Positions 50,301-63,858 are shown, numbered from the stretch's first letter. The stretch: 64,000 nt of DNA from an uncultured Alphaproteobacteria bacterium (GCA_963790515.1 CAWBPF010000005.1:119916-183915), one strand, 5' to 3'. The notes: generated from the sequence alone by a model not told the origin. Program-made: numbers and translations.

Positions 50301-51177
50301 GACTCTGCGCCCCGATCGAGCCAACGAGATTCGTCGCGCTGTTGGCCGTGTCCAAGCTGTAAACGCCATTATTCGTCGAAACGAAGAACAAATGGTTGTT
50401 GGAAACAATCAGATTCGTATCGGGGTTGGAGTTAAAGGCATATTCTGACGAAACGGTCACGTTGGTCGCGCTGTTGCTCAGCGAACCCGTCGATGTCAGT
50501 TCATCGATCGTCTGCTGGCTGGAACCGAAATACAGATTGTTGTTGAAGGCGATCAGCGGTCCGCTGACCGTGCCCGTCGTGGGAGAACCGCCCCCGTCAG
50601 TCGGATGCGCGTTGTATATTTCGGTAACCGAAGTGCCGTCGAAAGAATATATCGCTTCCGCGTTGGTGGTGCTGTCCCGCGCCTCGAAATACAGCGTTCC
50701 GTTCAGCGTCACGAAATCTTGCGGATCATAGCCGCCATGCGGCGCCACCGGCTGGGTGATTTGGCTGTTGGTCGGGTCATACACGGCCAGCGTTGCCGTA
50801 TCGTAGCCATTGTCACCGCTGGTGTTGCTCGCCAGGCTGGCCTGCGAAAAGATCAGGTCGCCGTTGTAGGACGCCATCGGCTGAGGCGCGACCGAGTTGT
50901 TCGAATCCGGCTGGTTATAGACATAATTCGCCGACGACGTGATCTGCGCCAGGGCCGAACCATTATAACTCCAGATCGCGGAGGTGGCATCGGTCGAATC
51001 GGCCATGGTGAAATACACTGTCGAACCAACGACCATGGTTGACGTGTCGCTATAGATCGGATCGGGCAGAAACGCTGGCGATGACACGCTCGTGGCCAAC
51101 TGTGTCGTCGTGGTGCCGTCCGTTGTGAACAGCTTGGTTCCGTCACTGCTGGTAAAAAGCAATCGCTGAATTGTCAT
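44371..51177 (-). CDS. Giant repetitive surface protein/adhesin (propeller-like head, two Ig-like repeat types, RTX tail)
   Basis: 2268 aa, rich in T/G/S/V; LFTTDGT/LYF blade repeats; three ~135-aa repeats; eight 126-aa repeats; GGSGADTL...GGAGADVF...ITDF tail. Confidence 0.88.
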   Translation of the reverse strand: MTIQRLLFTSSDGTKLFTTDGTTTTQLATSVSSPAFLPDPIYSDTSTMVVGSTVYFTMADSTDATSAIWSYNGSALAQITSSANYVYNQPDSNNSVAPQPMASYNGDLIFSQASLASNTSGDNGYDTATLAVYDPTNSQITQPVAPHGGYDPQDFVTLNGTLYFEARDSTTNAEAIYSFDGTSVTEIYNAHPTDGGGSPTTGTVSGPLIAFNNNLYFGSSQQTIDELTSTGSLSNSATNVTVSSEYAFNSNPDTNLIVSNNHLFFVSTNNGVYSLDTANSATNLVGSIGAQSLTPVVYNNELYFVAYDLSGGNLVANLYTSTGTSATDVSPNFSGSDFQVMGSTLYYTNNSGTTLGTINGTTLGSSSVPGAVGGQPLVVVPFATTSWGLVNAAPPAVTAGATVSFAGGGSAATLDAGLTVSDVSSTTLASATVTIGGYVTGDTLNFTSQNGISGSESLGVLTLSGSATLANYQIALNSITYSFSPSNGDPTGGGSHTSRTISWVVNDGANDSIAATSTLNVTHTAPVVVAGASATFVGGGSAVALDGALTVSDADSGGNLGGATVSIGAGFTAGDLLNFTAQNGISGSYNAGTGVLTLSGSATVAHYQSALASVTYGFSPANGDPTAGGGDTSRTVSWVVNDGVASSSADSSTLTVTHAPPTVTVSGTVAYTAGGSAVALGPLATDADADSGGLLTSATVSVSGGKFGGDGDLLTATVGGTSITASYNAGTEVLTLSGSDTLADYQTVLRSVLFSSSNADPTNSGGNTSRTISWSASDGVASSTAQTTTVAVSVPPPVVTGLVAGQATTDEATNQPFAGVTITDPNAGQTETVTVTLSAAANGSLGNLGGGSYNAGTGVYTVSGSAAAVSTALDGLVFTPTAHQVAPGVTVTTGFTVQVTDTYMASTSDSTTSVVATAVNNPPVISGTAGGQATDDETANLPFGGVTITEPDFGQTETVTVTLSSAGNGSLSHLGGGSYNALTGVYTVTGSAAVVTTALDGLVFTPTAHQVAPGGTVTTGFAVHVSDTAGASSSDGTTSVIATAVNDPPVISGTAGGQATTDEANVTPFAGVGIADPDFGQTETVTVTLSSATNGILSNLGGGSYDAGSGIYSVTGSDAAVTGALHGLIFTPAAHQVVPGATVTTGFTIGVTDTAGASASNSTTSVVATAVNDPPVISGTVAGQTTDDATDTTPFAGVSIADADLGQTETVTVTLSSAANGSLSYLADGSYDAGTGIYTVTGSDADVTSALEGLIFTPTAHQVVPGAMVTTHFTIGVTDTAGASTSNSTTSVVATAVNDPPVISGTVGGQATNDETDATPFAGVSIADADFGQTETVTVTLSSAADGILSYLGGGSYDAGTGIYTVTGSDAAVSSALNGLIFTPTAHQVVPGDTVTTGFTIDVIDTAGATSTDIATSVIATAVNDLPVISGTMPSQATDDATDATPFAGVSIADPDFGQTETVTVTLSSAGNGSLSNLADGSYDAGAGIYTVTGSDADVTAALNGLIFTPTAHQVVPGDTVTTGFTIDVTDTAGASNSDGTTSVDATAVNDMPVISGTVSGQATTDEAANTPFAGVSIADADFGQTETVTVTLSTATDGSLSNLADGSYDAGAGIYTVTGSDADVTSALNGLIFTPTAHAVLPGDTVTTGLTIDVTDTAGASNSDNTTSVIATAVNDPPVIVNGGAHVGVPNQTGNTPFTGLSISDPALGHTDTVSVTLSDPTGGVLSNLGGGSYDPVTGIYTVSGAPGVVTTALQGLVFTPAPPSSGYIRTTGFVVTVTGPGGTTTDSSVKVTSAQQVLGLGSTPSGDDVVSPSPDGTNFLAPTLGKTNQAVVTDPTSGLTYTLPAGYQAEFVGGTADVTLTDPTGGNALLVGNSGNDTLISGAGNDTLLGGSGSNMLVSSGAGNVIIANGMSSVNASGSNALIVASGASTTITVTGANAGILGGSGTISASLGGNGATLSGGQAQVSVAVTGDSAVIFGGTATNAGSLNVMAIGGNATIATYASNASINASGDHAEIFGGSGTSSITVSGGASTVIGGTGAQTISASSDVVVFGGTGTLNFAGGEGNATVVGNTGGTEQATGGSGGLVFAAEADNQSTITGGSGASTLIGGSGSTVTYVGSLAGGLFVAGGGNETLNAAQSSTANFFSGGSSADSKAVLVGGSGADTLLAGAGSATMTGGAGADVFAFLATATQGGKDTITDFGQGDSLYVIGYDPTKSAISLQAAATVSSAGVTLTLSDKTTITFSNLQNVSALNGHILYAGASA
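45790..48790 (-). repeat. 378-bp intragenic tandem repeat, 7 copies plus 1 divergent
   Basis: The [11 protein letters not shown] codons recur near 46410, 46788, 47166, 47544, 47922, 48300 and 48678. Confidence 0.9.
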
Positions 51178-51752
51178 ATCGCCCCTCTCTAATAAGCCGC
51201 CGATGAATTTGTCGGCCTGAGCCGAGCAACGTTTGTTCGCCGCTCAATTAGATCATTGTCGATATAAAAACAATCAGAAATGTTATCGTTATGAACAATC
51301 AGACCGAAACCGAACCAGAACACCCGACACCATCAAGGCAAAAAATGCCAATCTTTCAATTGTGTCTGTATCTTCTTACATCTTTATGACCAGGCCGTTA
51401 CGGGATCAGCAAATATGTCAATCGATATTTCTGACTTACTGCAACGATAGTCGTCGCGTCCCGCTACGCTATTTTGCGAAATGGTATAAATGGATATCAA
51501 ATAACATCGCATCGCCAGGATTGATTGACACCCGCGAAATCTGCGACACACAACACTTGAATTTGCTGTAAATCAAAAAACCTTGGCCGGTCCAACCAAA
51601 TCCACACGTTGAACGATCAGCATGATTGCCCAGCCAATTCACCCGGACCCAGCCACGGTTCACGGCTGATGGTCTGCCGCCGACCCATCGGACACCCCGG
51701 CTAGAGTGCGATCGTTTGCGGCTGACCCAACTTCAGACGTGAATTGCTCTCC

Positions 51753-52832
51753 TAGAGCGGTTTCAGGCTGACTGGAAATATCCGTCATGGCGGAAGTAGT
51801 TGGCGCATTCTGTGGGACTGAAGTTGTCGCATAGGTCTCCCAGCGCGTTCCATAAGGCATCGACGGTGCGGATTGCTTTGGCTCGTAGCAGCGCCTTGAG
51901 CTTGGAGAATGCCAACTCGATCGGGTTCAAGTCGGGACTGTAGGGCGGAATGAACAGCAGCTTCGCGCCCGCGGCCTCGATGGCCTCTCGTACGCCGGCC
52001 GCTTTATGGACCCTGAGGTTGTCCATGATAACGACATCGCCTGGCTTCAGTGTCGGCACCAGGACCTGCTCGACGTAGGCCACGAACAGCTCTCCATTGA
52101 TCGCGCCATCAATGGCCAGAGGTGCGGTCAGGCCGTCGCAGCGAAGCGCGCCGACAAAGGTTGTCGTCTTCCAGTGCCCATGCGGCACGGCGTCGACCAG
52201 ACGATGGCCACGTCTGGCCCGGCCATAGCGCCGCGTCATGTTGGTCTTCACCCAGGTTTCATCAATGAAAACAAGCCTTGACGGGATCAGCTTGGGCTGC
52301 TGCTGGCGCCATTCGACACGGGCCGAGGCAACGTCCTCACGCGCTTGCTCGGCGGCATGGAGGGACTTTTTTTAAACGTCAGATCAAGCTCAGCCAGCGT
52401 TTTGTTCATCAGGCCGATGCTTGCTGAGACCTGGTGCGTCTCGAGCAGCCAGGCACGCAATTCGGCGATTGTTGCATCGGGACGGCTGGTCACCTGTGCC
52501 AGGATCGCCGAATGCAGCCCGCTCAGCTTGGGGACCACATGGCAGCGTTGCGCCCGCGCCGTCGTTTCACCCGTCAGCTTATGGCGCGACAGCACCTTGG
52601 AAACATAGGAGACGCTGACACGCAGAAGGAGCGCGATCCGGCCGACCGGCTCACCATCGTCCGCAGTCGCGAAGACACGTTCCCGAAGATCCTGCGAATA
52701 GGATTGGCCGCGCCGCCAAAGCATCTGTTCCTCCAGTGATCGAAAACCGGAGACCTACGAATTGTACTTGGGGGTGTTTCGGAACCTCTATTTTTGCATG
52801 GCTGCGATTCCGGTCAGCCTGAAACCGCTCTA
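51753..52832 (-). mobile_element. IS630-family insertion sequence, apparently complete
   Basis: TA-GAGCGGTTTCAGGCTGACTGGAAT...ATTCCGGTCAGCCTGAAACCGCTC-TA: 23/24 terminal inverted repeat with TA at both ends. Confidence 0.93.
51763..52724 (-). CDS. IS630 transposase in two ORFs joined by a probable -1 programmed frameshift
   Basis: [16 protein letters not shown]; [25 protein letters not shown]; slippery TTT-AAAAAAA-G at about 52366-52376. Confidence 0.9.
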
Positions 52833-52845
52833 AACAGAGAGTTTT

Positions 52846-52882
52846 AGAGCCTGACAGGTTCAACCTGGACCTATTAGGCTCC
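52846..52882. repeat. 37-bp palindromic interspersed element, copy 2 (decayed)
   Basis: AGAGCCTGACAGGTTCAACCTGGACCTATTAGGCTCC. Confidence 0.7.
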
Positions 52883-52941
52883 AAGCAAGGCCGGTCTGCC
52901 CGCGCAGGCCCGAAGTCTCCCCCAACAAGACCGCAGCCCCG

Positions 52942-53690
52942 CTACTCCGCCCCCCAGCCGCCATCGATCACCAGGCTCTGCCCGGTCATGAACGCCGAGG
53001 CATCGCTGGCCAGGAACACCACCCCGCCCGCCATGTCCCGCGGCGTCGCGAACCGGCCCAACGGCGTGCGGTCCAGCAGCCGCTTGCCATGCACGTCGTG
53101 CTCCAGCAGCCCATGCGTCAGGTCGGTATCGACCCAGCCCGGCGCCAGCGTGTTCACCCGCACCCTGCGCTCGGCCCAGTCCAGCGCCAGCGCCTTGGTC
53201 AGCATCTCCACCCCGCCCTTCGACGCGCAATACGGCACCGACCGCGGCAGCCCGCCATGGCCCGCGACCGAACTGACATTGATGACCGAACCGCCCTGCC
53301 CCGATCGCGCCGCCGATATGCTTGCAGCACAGGAACACGCCGGTCAGGTTGACGTCGATGATGTCCTGCCATTCCTCCAGGCTGGTGCGCTCGATCCCCT
53401 TGAAGATCGCGTTCACGCCGGCGTTGTTGACCAGCACGTCGATCCGTCCGCAGCGTTCCAGCACCGCGTCGCGCAGCGCCAGCACGTCCGCCTCCTTCGA
53501 CACGTCGGCCGTCACCACGATCGCCTGCTCGCCGATCGCCGCCGCCGCTTCCTCCAGCGTCGCGCGGGTGCGCCCGCTCAGCACCACCGTCGCGCCATGC
53601 CGCGCCAGACCCTCCGCCATGCCGCGGCCGATGCCGCGCCCGGCGCCGGTGACGATGCAGACCTTGCCGGTCAGGTCGAAATCCGTCCAT
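52942..53690 (-). CDS. SDR-family oxidoreductase (frameshifted)
   Basis: VTGAGRGIG, NNAG, YCASK, LAPG, TGQSLVIDGG across frames. Confidence 0.88.
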
Positions 53691-53693
53691 GGC

Positions 53694-54872
<1,179 letters not shown>

Positions 54873-54873
<1 letters not shown>

Positions 54874-55944
54874 CAGAATGCGCGTCCTTGGGCGATTTCG
54901 TGGGTGAATTCCAGAATGCCGGTGCCGATCGCCGGTCAGCGGCGCGTAGCGCGGCTCCTGCGTGGCACCGGATGCGATAGCGCAGGCCAAGCTGCAGGAA
55001 GATGACCGACAGCTTGTACATCGCCAGCACCCGGTGGAACAGAAAGTCCGACATGTCGCCGCCCGGACAACCGGGCATAGGCCGCGACCGCCTCCTGGCG
55101 CGAGCACAGGCAGGCCTCGACCGCCGGCATCTGCTCCATGTCGTGCATCGCCCAGCGGATCGTCGGCGTGGATCCAGTAGCTGCAGCAGCGTGGCGAAAT
55201 CGAACAGCGGATCGCCCCGCGTGCCCTGGTCCCAGTCCACCACCGCGCGCGGCGAGAAATCATCCGGGTCCAGGATGATGTTGTTCAGCTTGAAGTCGTT
55301 GTGCAGCAGGCCCGGCGGCCCGTCCGGCACGATGTTCTGCTCCAGCCAGGTCGCCGACATCGTGGTGCAGCGTCTCGGTGCCGTCCTCCATCGCCGCCAG
55401 CCCGCGCTTGCGCCAGCCCGACGACGCCGCGCGCCAGGAACCCCTCCGGCCGGCCCAGGTCGTCGAGCCCGATCGCCTTGGTATCCACCGCATGGATCGC
55501 CGCGATCGTCTCCAGCAGCACCTGCGACAGCCGCGCCCCGATCTCCGGCCGGTGCGCCAGTTCGGGCGGCATGTGCTCGCGGATCACCAGCCCCGGCCGG
55601 TATTCGATGATCTGGAACCGCTGCCCGATCACCGCCGGGTCGTCGCACAGATGCAGCCCCCGCGCGATGAACGGCAGCGCGTCCGGCAGCCGCGACAGGA
55701 TGCGGAACTCGCGCGCCATGTCGTAGGCGCCGGCCGGCAACTCGCCCATCGGCGGCCGGCGCAGCACCGCCGGCTTGCCGTCCAGATGGATCAGATAATT
55801 CAGGTTGGCCAGCCCGCCGGCGAACTGGCGCGGCGGCGGTTCGGCATCCAGCCGATGGCCATGGGCGGCCAGATAGGCGCGCACCGCCTCCCAGTCCAGC
55901 GGGACACTCTCGGCGGCGGACCGCAGGCCGGTTTCGGTTGTCAC
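54873..55944 (-). CDS. APH-family phosphotransferase, ACAD10/11 kinase-like (frameshifted)
   Basis: GTG start after GGAGG; QFAGGLANLNY, VLRRPP, DMAREF, HNDFKLNN, DWD, GDPLFD; TGATG coupling to the ACAD gene. Confidence 0.85.
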
Positions 55945-56140
55945 GCTTCCTCCTGCGCGCTGTTGATGGCGACTCAATACAGCAGACAGCGAATGACGCA
56001 ACCGAGGCCAGTCACCCGGCCCCCGGAAGTTCGCCCGCGCCCGTCACGGCGCCTGACCGTCCCAACACCCCCGCTCGCGATCGAGTGACAGCAACCCCGG
56101 AACCTGCGTAAGGTGCGATCCCCTCGCGGAGGCGACGCTG

Positions 56141-57656
<1,516 letters not shown>

Positions 57657-57870
57657 CTGGTCCACGATCGCAGAGGAATCGGGCACTTCAACGATATCAC
57701 GACATGTCGCACTTTATCGAGGGCCCATACTAGTCCCGGCCGTGCAATCCGCCAGCAGCCAATACATCTGTAGATAGCTCACAATGTGGGCCAGACCTTG
57801 TTGTTTGGTATCATTTCGGTCAGCCCAGGCCTATATGTCACCCCATCTGAACGACAAGAGCCAGTCCCCA

Positions 57871-58920
57871 ATGAGCATCCCCGCCCACGGCAGCAACAAA
57901 ATCCCCGCCACCCTGATCCCCGGCGACGGCATCGGGCCGGAGATCGTGGACGCCGTGATCCAGGTGCTCGACGCCCTCGGCGCACCCTTCGAATGGGACC
58001 GCCAGCAAGGCGGCCTCGCTGGCATCGCGTCCGGCGGCGATCCGCTGCCGCAGGCCACGCTGGACAGCATCCGCCGTAACAAGCTGGCCTTGAAAGGCCC
58101 CCTGACCACCCCGATCGGCGGCGGCTTTCGGTCCGTCAATGTCCGCCTGCGCGAGGAATTCCAGCTCTACGCCAACCTCCGCCCTGCCCACTCCCTGACG
58201 CCCGGCGGCCGCTACGAAAACATCGACCTTATCCTGGTGCGCGAGAATCTCGAAGGTCTCTACGTTGCTTTCGAGCACTACATCCCCATTGGCGACGACC
58301 CGCACGCCGTGGCGATTTCCTCCGGCGTCAACACCCGCGAAGGCTCCCGCCGCATCGTCCGCTACGCCTTCGAGCACGCCCTCAAGCTCGGGCGCAAGAA
58401 AGTCACGTTGGTACACAAGGCCAACGTTCTCAAGGCGCTCACCGGCGTGTTCCTCGAAGCCGGCCAGCAGATCGCCAAGGAGTACGCGGGCCGCATCGAA
58501 TGCGATGAACGGATCGTCGATGCCTGCGCCATGCAGCTTGTGCTGAACCCGTGGCAGTTCGACGTGATCGTAACGACCAACCTGTTCGGCGACATCCTCT
58601 CCGACCTGATCGCCGGTCTCGTCGGCGGCCTCGGCGCCGCCCCCGGCGCCAATATCGGCGAGAAAGCTGCGATCTTCGAAGCCGTTCACGGCTCCGCCCC
58701 CGATATCGCCGGCAAGGGCATCGCCAACCCCACCGCCCTGCTGCTCGCCGCCGGACTGATGCTCGACCATGTCGGCCTGACCGACCACGCCACGCAACTG
58801 AGGAAAGCCATCGACCAGGTGCTGAACCTGGACAACATCCGCACCGGCGACCTCGGCGGCAAAGCCACCACTAGTGACTTCGCCAAGGCTTTGGTCCAGC
58901 GGATCAGTTCTGTACCGTAG
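57871..58920 (+). CDS. Isocitrate/isopropylmalate dehydrogenase family (probable NAD-dependent IDH)
   Basis: IPGDGIGPEI, SVNVRLR, RENLEG, HKAN, NLFGDILSD, FEAVHGSAPDIAGKGIANP. Confidence 0.9.
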   Translation: MSIPAHGSNKIPATLIPGDGIGPEIVDAVIQVLDALGAPFEWDRQQGGLAGIASGGDPLPQATLDSIRRNKLALKGPLTTPIGGGFRSVNVRLREEFQLYANLRPAHSLTPGGRYENIDLILVRENLEGLYVAFEHYIPIGDDPHAVAISSGVNTREGSRRIVRYAFEHALKLGRKKVTLVHKANVLKALTGVFLEAGQQIAKEYAGRIECDERIVDACAMQLVLNPWQFDVIVTTNLFGDILSDLIAGLVGGLGAAPGANIGEKAAIFEAVHGSAPDIAGKGIANPTALLLAAGLMLDHVGLTDHATQLRKAIDQVLNLDNIRTGDLGGKATTSDFAKALVQRISSVP

Positions 58921-58928
58921 CAAACGGA

Positions 58929-59564
58929 CTACCGCGCCACCCCCAGCCATTGCAATATCCGCACGAACTGGGCCTTGACGACCGCCCAGATCAAGGTGTG
59001 CGCCGCCAGCGGAACCGTTTGCGGCCTGTCCTCGCGCGGCGGGGTCGCGTCGGTTCGCCGATCCCCGGCCTGGCTCTCCGCTACCGGCATCACTACCTCG
59101 TCCTGGGCAAACTCCTCCGCCGCCCGGCGGGCAAAATCCGTCATGATGACGTTGGCCACCGCCACGCCGCCGGTACGGGCAAAGTCCGCCAGCACGCCAC
59201 CGAGTTCCGCGTCAGAAACGATCTCCACCACCGTCGTCGGCCGCACCGCAGCCGGGTCGTTGCGCAACGTGAATCCGACCTTCACCCCGATCCGCGCCGC
59301 CCGCATATCCGCCGCACCACGTCCGTGCAGACTGCCGGTCAGCGCATCGAAATCGAACGCCGTGGTCACCCGTCCCTTGAAGTTCACCTTCTTCGGCCCG
59401 AACGACACGACCATCGCGCCCGGCCAGGACCCATCCTCGGCCTGAGGCTCCAGCACCGCCCCCGGCATGCACCGAGCCATCCGGGGCACGTCGGCGAAGC
59501 GGCGAATGACATCCTCCGGCTTGCCCGGAACGCTGAACATCCCTCGAAATGCATCAGCTAGCAT
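58929..59564 (-). CDS. CoxG/SRPBCC-family protein
   Basis: DVPRMARCMPGA...GPKKVNFKG...LGGVLADFAR; C-terminal anchor. Confidence 0.8.
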   Translation of the reverse strand: MLADAFRGMFSVPGKPEDVIRRFADVPRMARCMPGAVLEPQAEDGSWPGAMVVSFGPKKVNFKGRVTTAFDFDALTGSLHGRGAADMRAARIGVKVGFTLRNDPAAVRPTTVVEIVSDAELGGVLADFARTGGVAVANVIMTDFARRAAEEFAQDEVVMPVAESQAGDRRTDATPPREDRPQTVPLAAHTLIWAVVKAQFVRILQWLGVAR

Positions 59565-59584
59565 CCATTTCAGCCAAGCCCATC

Positions 59585-61255
59585 TCAGGCAACCGGCCGC
59601 AGCAACGGCGCCTTGCTTTCCGTGCCGAAATAGACCTTCGCATAGGGATCTGTTGGCGTGGTCGGCGAAACCCGCGCGTCAATCAAGTAAAGCCCCCCTT
59701 TGCGCAGCCCCTCGGATATCGCGCCACCGATTTCCGACGCAGCACCCAACTTGACCCCGTCACCACCGAACGCTTTCGCCAGTGCGACGAAATCCGGTGA
59801 TTCCCACTGCGCGAGTTTCTCGTCAAACCCTTTCGCCACCAGCTTGTGCACCTCGGCGCCATAGCCCGCGTCGTTCCACACCACCAGCACCATCTGCATC
59901 TTGTGCCGCACGATCGTTTCAAGTTCCTGCAGGTTGAACATCAGGCTGCCGTCGCCTTCCACCGCCACGTGCTGCCGTCCCGGATTGCCCGCCCCGGTGC
60001 CGATCGCCACCCCGATCCCCTGCCCCACCGCGCCAAAGTTGTAGGAGTATTGGATTTCGGCGCCTTCCGGCAGCGGCGTGTACATGCCGATCCAGGAAAA
60101 GAAATGCCCGGCCCCGCACGTCAGCAACACGCCTTTCGGCAGTCCCGCACCAAGGCTTCCAGCCAGCGCCCGCGGATCGAGCCCATCGGCCGGCGTGTCG
60201 AACCGATGCGCTGGAGCATCAAGCACCGCTCGTGTCGCCGCTGTTCGCAGGCCCTCCTTACGCACCTGCCGGGCGGCCAGCGCTTCGTTGATCGCAACGA
60301 CCGACTTGCGCCCATCGCCCTGCACATACAGGCCCGGAATGACCCCGATCTCCTCCGGCATCGGCTTGATGTCGATACGCGCCACCTCCGCCGATGGAAA
60401 CAGCAACCCGCCTTCGGTCGTGTAGTAGCCAAGCTCCGCGCCCACACCCAAAACGAAGTCGGCGTCCGCCAGCAGATGCTCCGAGGGTGCCGAGGCGAAC
60501 GCACCGGCAATCCCGACATCCCACGGATGCCCGGCAAAATATCCTTTCCCCTGCAACGAAGTCGCCAGCAAAGCGCCCACCCGGTCCGCCAGCTCGACAA
60601 TGGCGTCCTTGGCTTTCGCCGCGATTGCGCCCCGCCCGGCAATGATCACCGGACGTTCCGCCGCGATCAGCTTCTCGATCACCGGCGCCAGCAGATCCGG
60701 GCTCGGTGTCTCCACCCGCGGCGGCAGGAAATCGGTGGACGGCCGATATTCGTAGTCCCAGTCAAGCTCATCCTCCTGCAGATCCATCGGCAGGTTCAGC
60801 ACCACCGGCACGCGGTGGATCCGGGCGGCGTAAAACGCCTCGGCGATCTCCTCCGCCATGTTATCCAGACTTGTTACGGTATAAAACCGGGCATAGCTGG
60901 CTTCGGTGAAGCGGCGCTGGTCCATCGACTGGGTCTTGTTCTTCGCCCCTTGCATGATCTCCCCGGCGATCAGCACGACCGGCGTGCGGCCCCTATAGGC
61001 CGCGATCAACGACGTGCCGCACTGCGTCAAGCCGGGTCCGCACGTGACCATCGCCAGGCCGATCTTGCCGGTGGTCCTGGCATACCCATCGGCCATCGAC
61101 ACGGCCATCAACTCATGCCGGGCGCTATAGGCCTTGATCGCCGGATCGCGGCACAATGCCCCCCACAACCACATGTTGCCGTCGCCCATAAGCCCAAAGA
61201 AATCAGTCACGCCCTCGGCTCTGAGGGACTGGGCAATCGCTTCATATGCTTTCAT
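59585..61255 (-). CDS. Thiamine pyrophosphate-dependent enzyme (acetolactate synthase-like superfamily)
   Basis: FGLMGDGN, ARHE, TCGPG, GDGS...WNDAGYG TPP motif. Confidence 0.92.
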   Translation of the reverse strand: MKAYEAIAQSLRAEGVTDFFGLMGDGNMWLWGALCRDPAIKAYSARHELMAVSMADGYARTTGKIGLAMVTCGPGLTQCGTSLIAAYRGRTPVVLIAGEIMQGAKNKTQSMDQRRFTEASYARFYTVTSLDNMAEEIAEAFYAARIHRVPVVLNLPMDLQEDELDWDYEYRPSTDFLPPRVETPSPDLLAPVIEKLIAAERPVIIAGRGAIAAKAKDAIVELADRVGALLATSLQGKGYFAGHPWDVGIAGAFASAPSEHLLADADFVLGVGAELGYYTTEGGLLFPSAEVARIDIKPMPEEIGVIPGLYVQGDGRKSVVAINEALAARQVRKEGLRTAATRAVLDAPAHRFDTPADGLDPRALAGSLGAGLPKGVLLTCGAGHFFSWIGMYTPLPEGAEIQYSYNFGAVGQGIGVAIGTGAGNPGRQHVAVEGDGSLMFNLQELETIVRHKMQMVLVVWNDAGYGAEVHKLVAKGFDEKLAQWESPDFVALAKAFGGDGVKLGAASEIGGAISEGLRKGGLYLIDARVSPTTPTDPYAKVYFGTESKAPLLRPVA

Positions 61256-61400
61256 GGCGGTGCTTCCCGTGTATTTCTTGCGCGTTCACGTCAGCCCCCA
61301 TCATGGCGTCACCGGCCGCGATACACAATCGCCGCCGCCCCCGTCCATTTGACCACCGCCACCCGCCACGACATGCTGGATCAAAGTGCGGAGGAACATA

Positions 61401-62699
61401 ATGTCGGACAGCAGTCGAGCGCGGCCGGGCCGCAAACGTTACATTGTCTATGGCCTGCTGTTCACAATGACATTGATCAATTACTTCGACCGCACGGTGC
61501 TTTCCATCGCCATGCCGGTGATGATCCAGCAGTTCGCATTGACCCCGGTCGCCGTCGGCTACCTGCTGTCCGCCTTCATCTGGTCCTACGCACCCTGCCA
61601 ACTGCCCGCCGGCATGACGCTGGATCGCTGGGGCACCCGCAAGACTGCCGCCCGCTGCATCACCTTCTGGTCCGCCGCCACCGCCCTCACCGGCGCCGCC
61701 ACCAGTTTCCCGTTCGTGTTCTTCACCCGGCTGCTGCTGGGCATCGGCGAATCGCCAACCTTTCCGCTCGCCGCAAGGGCAATCCGCGAATGGGCGCCGA
61801 TCAAGGAACGTGCCCTGGCCTTCTCGATCTCCGGCTCCGGCCCGGCGTTCGGCACCGCGGTTTCCGCGATCACCATCGCCTGGCTCGTCAGCACGATCGG
61901 CTGGCGCCTCGCCTTCGTCTTCTCCGGCGCGCTCGGTTTTGTCTGGGTTGTGGTCTGGCTTTTGGTCTACCGCGACCCCGAGGAGGCTACCTGGCTGTCG
62001 ACCGCCGAACGCCGCATGATCCTGACCGAACGTTCGCCAGGCGGCACGAGTTCGGCTGGCGGCATGAAGCTCAGGGAACTGCTCAGCTACCAGACCATGT
62101 GGGGCCTGTTTCTGGTGCAAGGCTGCGTGAACTACACGCAATACTTGTTCCTGACCTGGCTGCCGACCTATCTGGTGCAAAGCCGAGGCCTCAACATCCT
62201 CCATTCCGGTCTGCAAACCGGACTCTGCTACTTCGGCGCCATGGTGCTGACCATCGGCATGGGCCGCCTGTGCGACCATCTGCTGACGCCCGAAGCGGTG
62301 CAGTCCGGGAAAAGACGTTACGCTGTCGTCATTCTGGCGTTTGGCGCCTCGGTCATGGTGCTGGCCCCCTACACGCCCTCGGAAACCCTGCTGCTGATCG
62401 AGATCACAGTCTCCCTCGCCTGCGTGCAGAGCGTGTTCGTGAACACCTATTCGCTGACCAACGACCTGTTGCACGCCGGCAAGAGCATCGGCACCGCCAT
62501 CGGCTGGATTCAGTTGGGCGGCAACATCTTCGGCCTCGCCGCCCCGATCGCCACCGGCTACATCGTTGCGGCAACCGGTAGTTTCACCAGTGCCTTCCTG
62601 CTGGCGGGCGCGTTGCTGATCATCGGCGCGATCGTTACGCTGACCATGACCCGCCGCCCGGTCGGCGCACCGCTGCCCGCCGGCGCTTTCGCCGACTAG
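61401..62699 (+). CDS. MFS transporter (ACS family, DgoT-like)
   Basis: INYFDRTVLS, DRWGTRK, RLLLGIGESPTFP, YRDPE. Confidence 0.92.
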   Translation: MSDSSRARPGRKRYIVYGLLFTMTLINYFDRTVLSIAMPVMIQQFALTPVAVGYLLSAFIWSYAPCQLPAGMTLDRWGTRKTAARCITFWSAATALTGAATSFPFVFFTRLLLGIGESPTFPLAARAIREWAPIKERALAFSISGSGPAFGTAVSAITIAWLVSTIGWRLAFVFSGALGFVWVVVWLLVYRDPEEATWLSTAERRMILTERSPGGTSSAGGMKLRELLSYQTMWGLFLVQGCVNYTQYLFLTWLPTYLVQSRGLNILHSGLQTGLCYFGAMVLTIGMGRLCDHLLTPEAVQSGKRRYAVVILAFGASVMVLAPYTPSETLLLIEITVSLACVQSVFVNTYSLTNDLLHAGKSIGTAIGWIQLGGNIFGLAAPIATGYIVAATGSFTSAFLLAGALLIIGAIVTLTMTRRPVGAPLPAGAFAD

Positions 62700-62747
62700 A
62701 CCGACCACGGCCAAGTATCTTCCGAAGTAACAACGAGGAACGCCGCG

Positions 62748-63743
62748 ATGAAAATCGGCCTGTTCGTGACCCTGGAGTGGGAGACCGCCCAGGATGACGG
62801 CCGCCACATCCCGAATATGCTGGAGCAGGTGAAAGCCGCGAAAGATGCCGGCTTTTCCTCGCTTTGGCTGCCGCAGCACTTCGTCAGCGGCCCAAACATG
62901 CGCCAACTCGCCACCGCCCCCATCCTGGGCCTGCTCGCCGGCTTGGCCGAAGGCATGGCGCTTGGCACCGGTGTTCTGCTGCTGCCCATGCTCAACCCGG
63001 TCCTGCTGGCCGAGGAAGCTGCCACGATCGACCACCTGACCGGGGGCAATTTCACCCTGGGCGTCGGCCTGGGATACCGAGCGGCGGAGTTCCAGGCCTT
63101 CGGCGTCGAGCGCCGCTCCCGCGTGCCACGCTTTCGCGAGTATATCGAGGTCATGCGCCGGCTCTGGACCGAGGACCGTGTCACGTTCCATGGCAAATAC
63201 TTGCACTTCGACAATATTGGGCTGAGCCTGCGGCCGAAGAACCAATCCGGCATCCCGGTCTGGGTCGGCAGCGCCGTCGATGACGGCGTCAAGCGGGCAG
63301 CCGAAATCGGCGATGCCTGGATCAGCGCCGGCGCCATGAGCCGCGATGAGTTGCAACGCTGGTGGGCGATGTTCCACCAAGCGCGGATCGCACATGGCAA
63401 ACCGCTCGATTATCCCCGGCAGGTCGCCCGCGAATGTTTTTGCGGTCCCGATATGAGGACTGCCATGGCGGTGGCTTCGGGCCCGATATCGGCAAAATAC
63501 GCTCGTTACGCCGGCAACGGATGGGGTTCATTCGATCCGTCCGGCGGCGAAATGGCTTTCGCGGCGTTCGCCAAAGATCGTTTTGTTGTCGGTGACGAAC
63601 CGTTTGTCCGCGACGAACTGCAGCGCTACCGCGACGAGCAAGGCGCCACCGAGTTTCGCTTCCGCATGGCCTGGCCCGGAGTGTCGCAGCAAGACGTTCT
63701 CGCCAGTATCCGCCGGGTCGGCCGCCTTGCCGCAAATCTGTAG
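62748..63743 (+). CDS. LLM-class flavin-dependent oxidoreductase
   Basis: GFSSLWLPQH, GTGVLLLP...NPVLLAEEAATID...LGVGLGYR, PVWVG, RAA. Confidence 0.92.
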   Translation: MKIGLFVTLEWETAQDDGRHIPNMLEQVKAAKDAGFSSLWLPQHFVSGPNMRQLATAPILGLLAGLAEGMALGTGVLLLPMLNPVLLAEEAATIDHLTGGNFTLGVGLGYRAAEFQAFGVERRSRVPRFREYIEVMRRLWTEDRVTFHGKYLHFDNIGLSLRPKNQSGIPVWVGSAVDDGVKRAAEIGDAWISAGAMSRDELQRWWAMFHQARIAHGKPLDYPRQVARECFCGPDMRTAMAVASGPISAKYARYAGNGWGSFDPSGGEMAFAAFAKDRFVVGDEPFVRDELQRYRDEQGATEFRFRMAWPGVSQQDVLASIRRVGRLAANL

Positions 63744-63790
63744 ATACAGATGACTATGCCACCCCCGCCGGTCGGTCAGAACGTAGCGTG

Positions 63791-63858
63791 CGCTCCTGTT
63801 CAGCACCCGCTCCTGTTCAGTACCCGCTCCTGTTCAGCACCCGCTCCTGTTAAGCGCC
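63791..63858 (+). repeat. 17-bp tandem repeat x4
   Basis: CGCTCCTGTTCAGCACC / ...CAGTACC / ...CAGCACC / ...TAAGCGCC. Confidence 0.9.

Noticed and set aside
59846-63395. 911-aa (+) and 717-aa (-) long ORFs
   Set aside because: Arg/His-rich off-frame or antisense shadows of well-supported genes in high-GC DNA.
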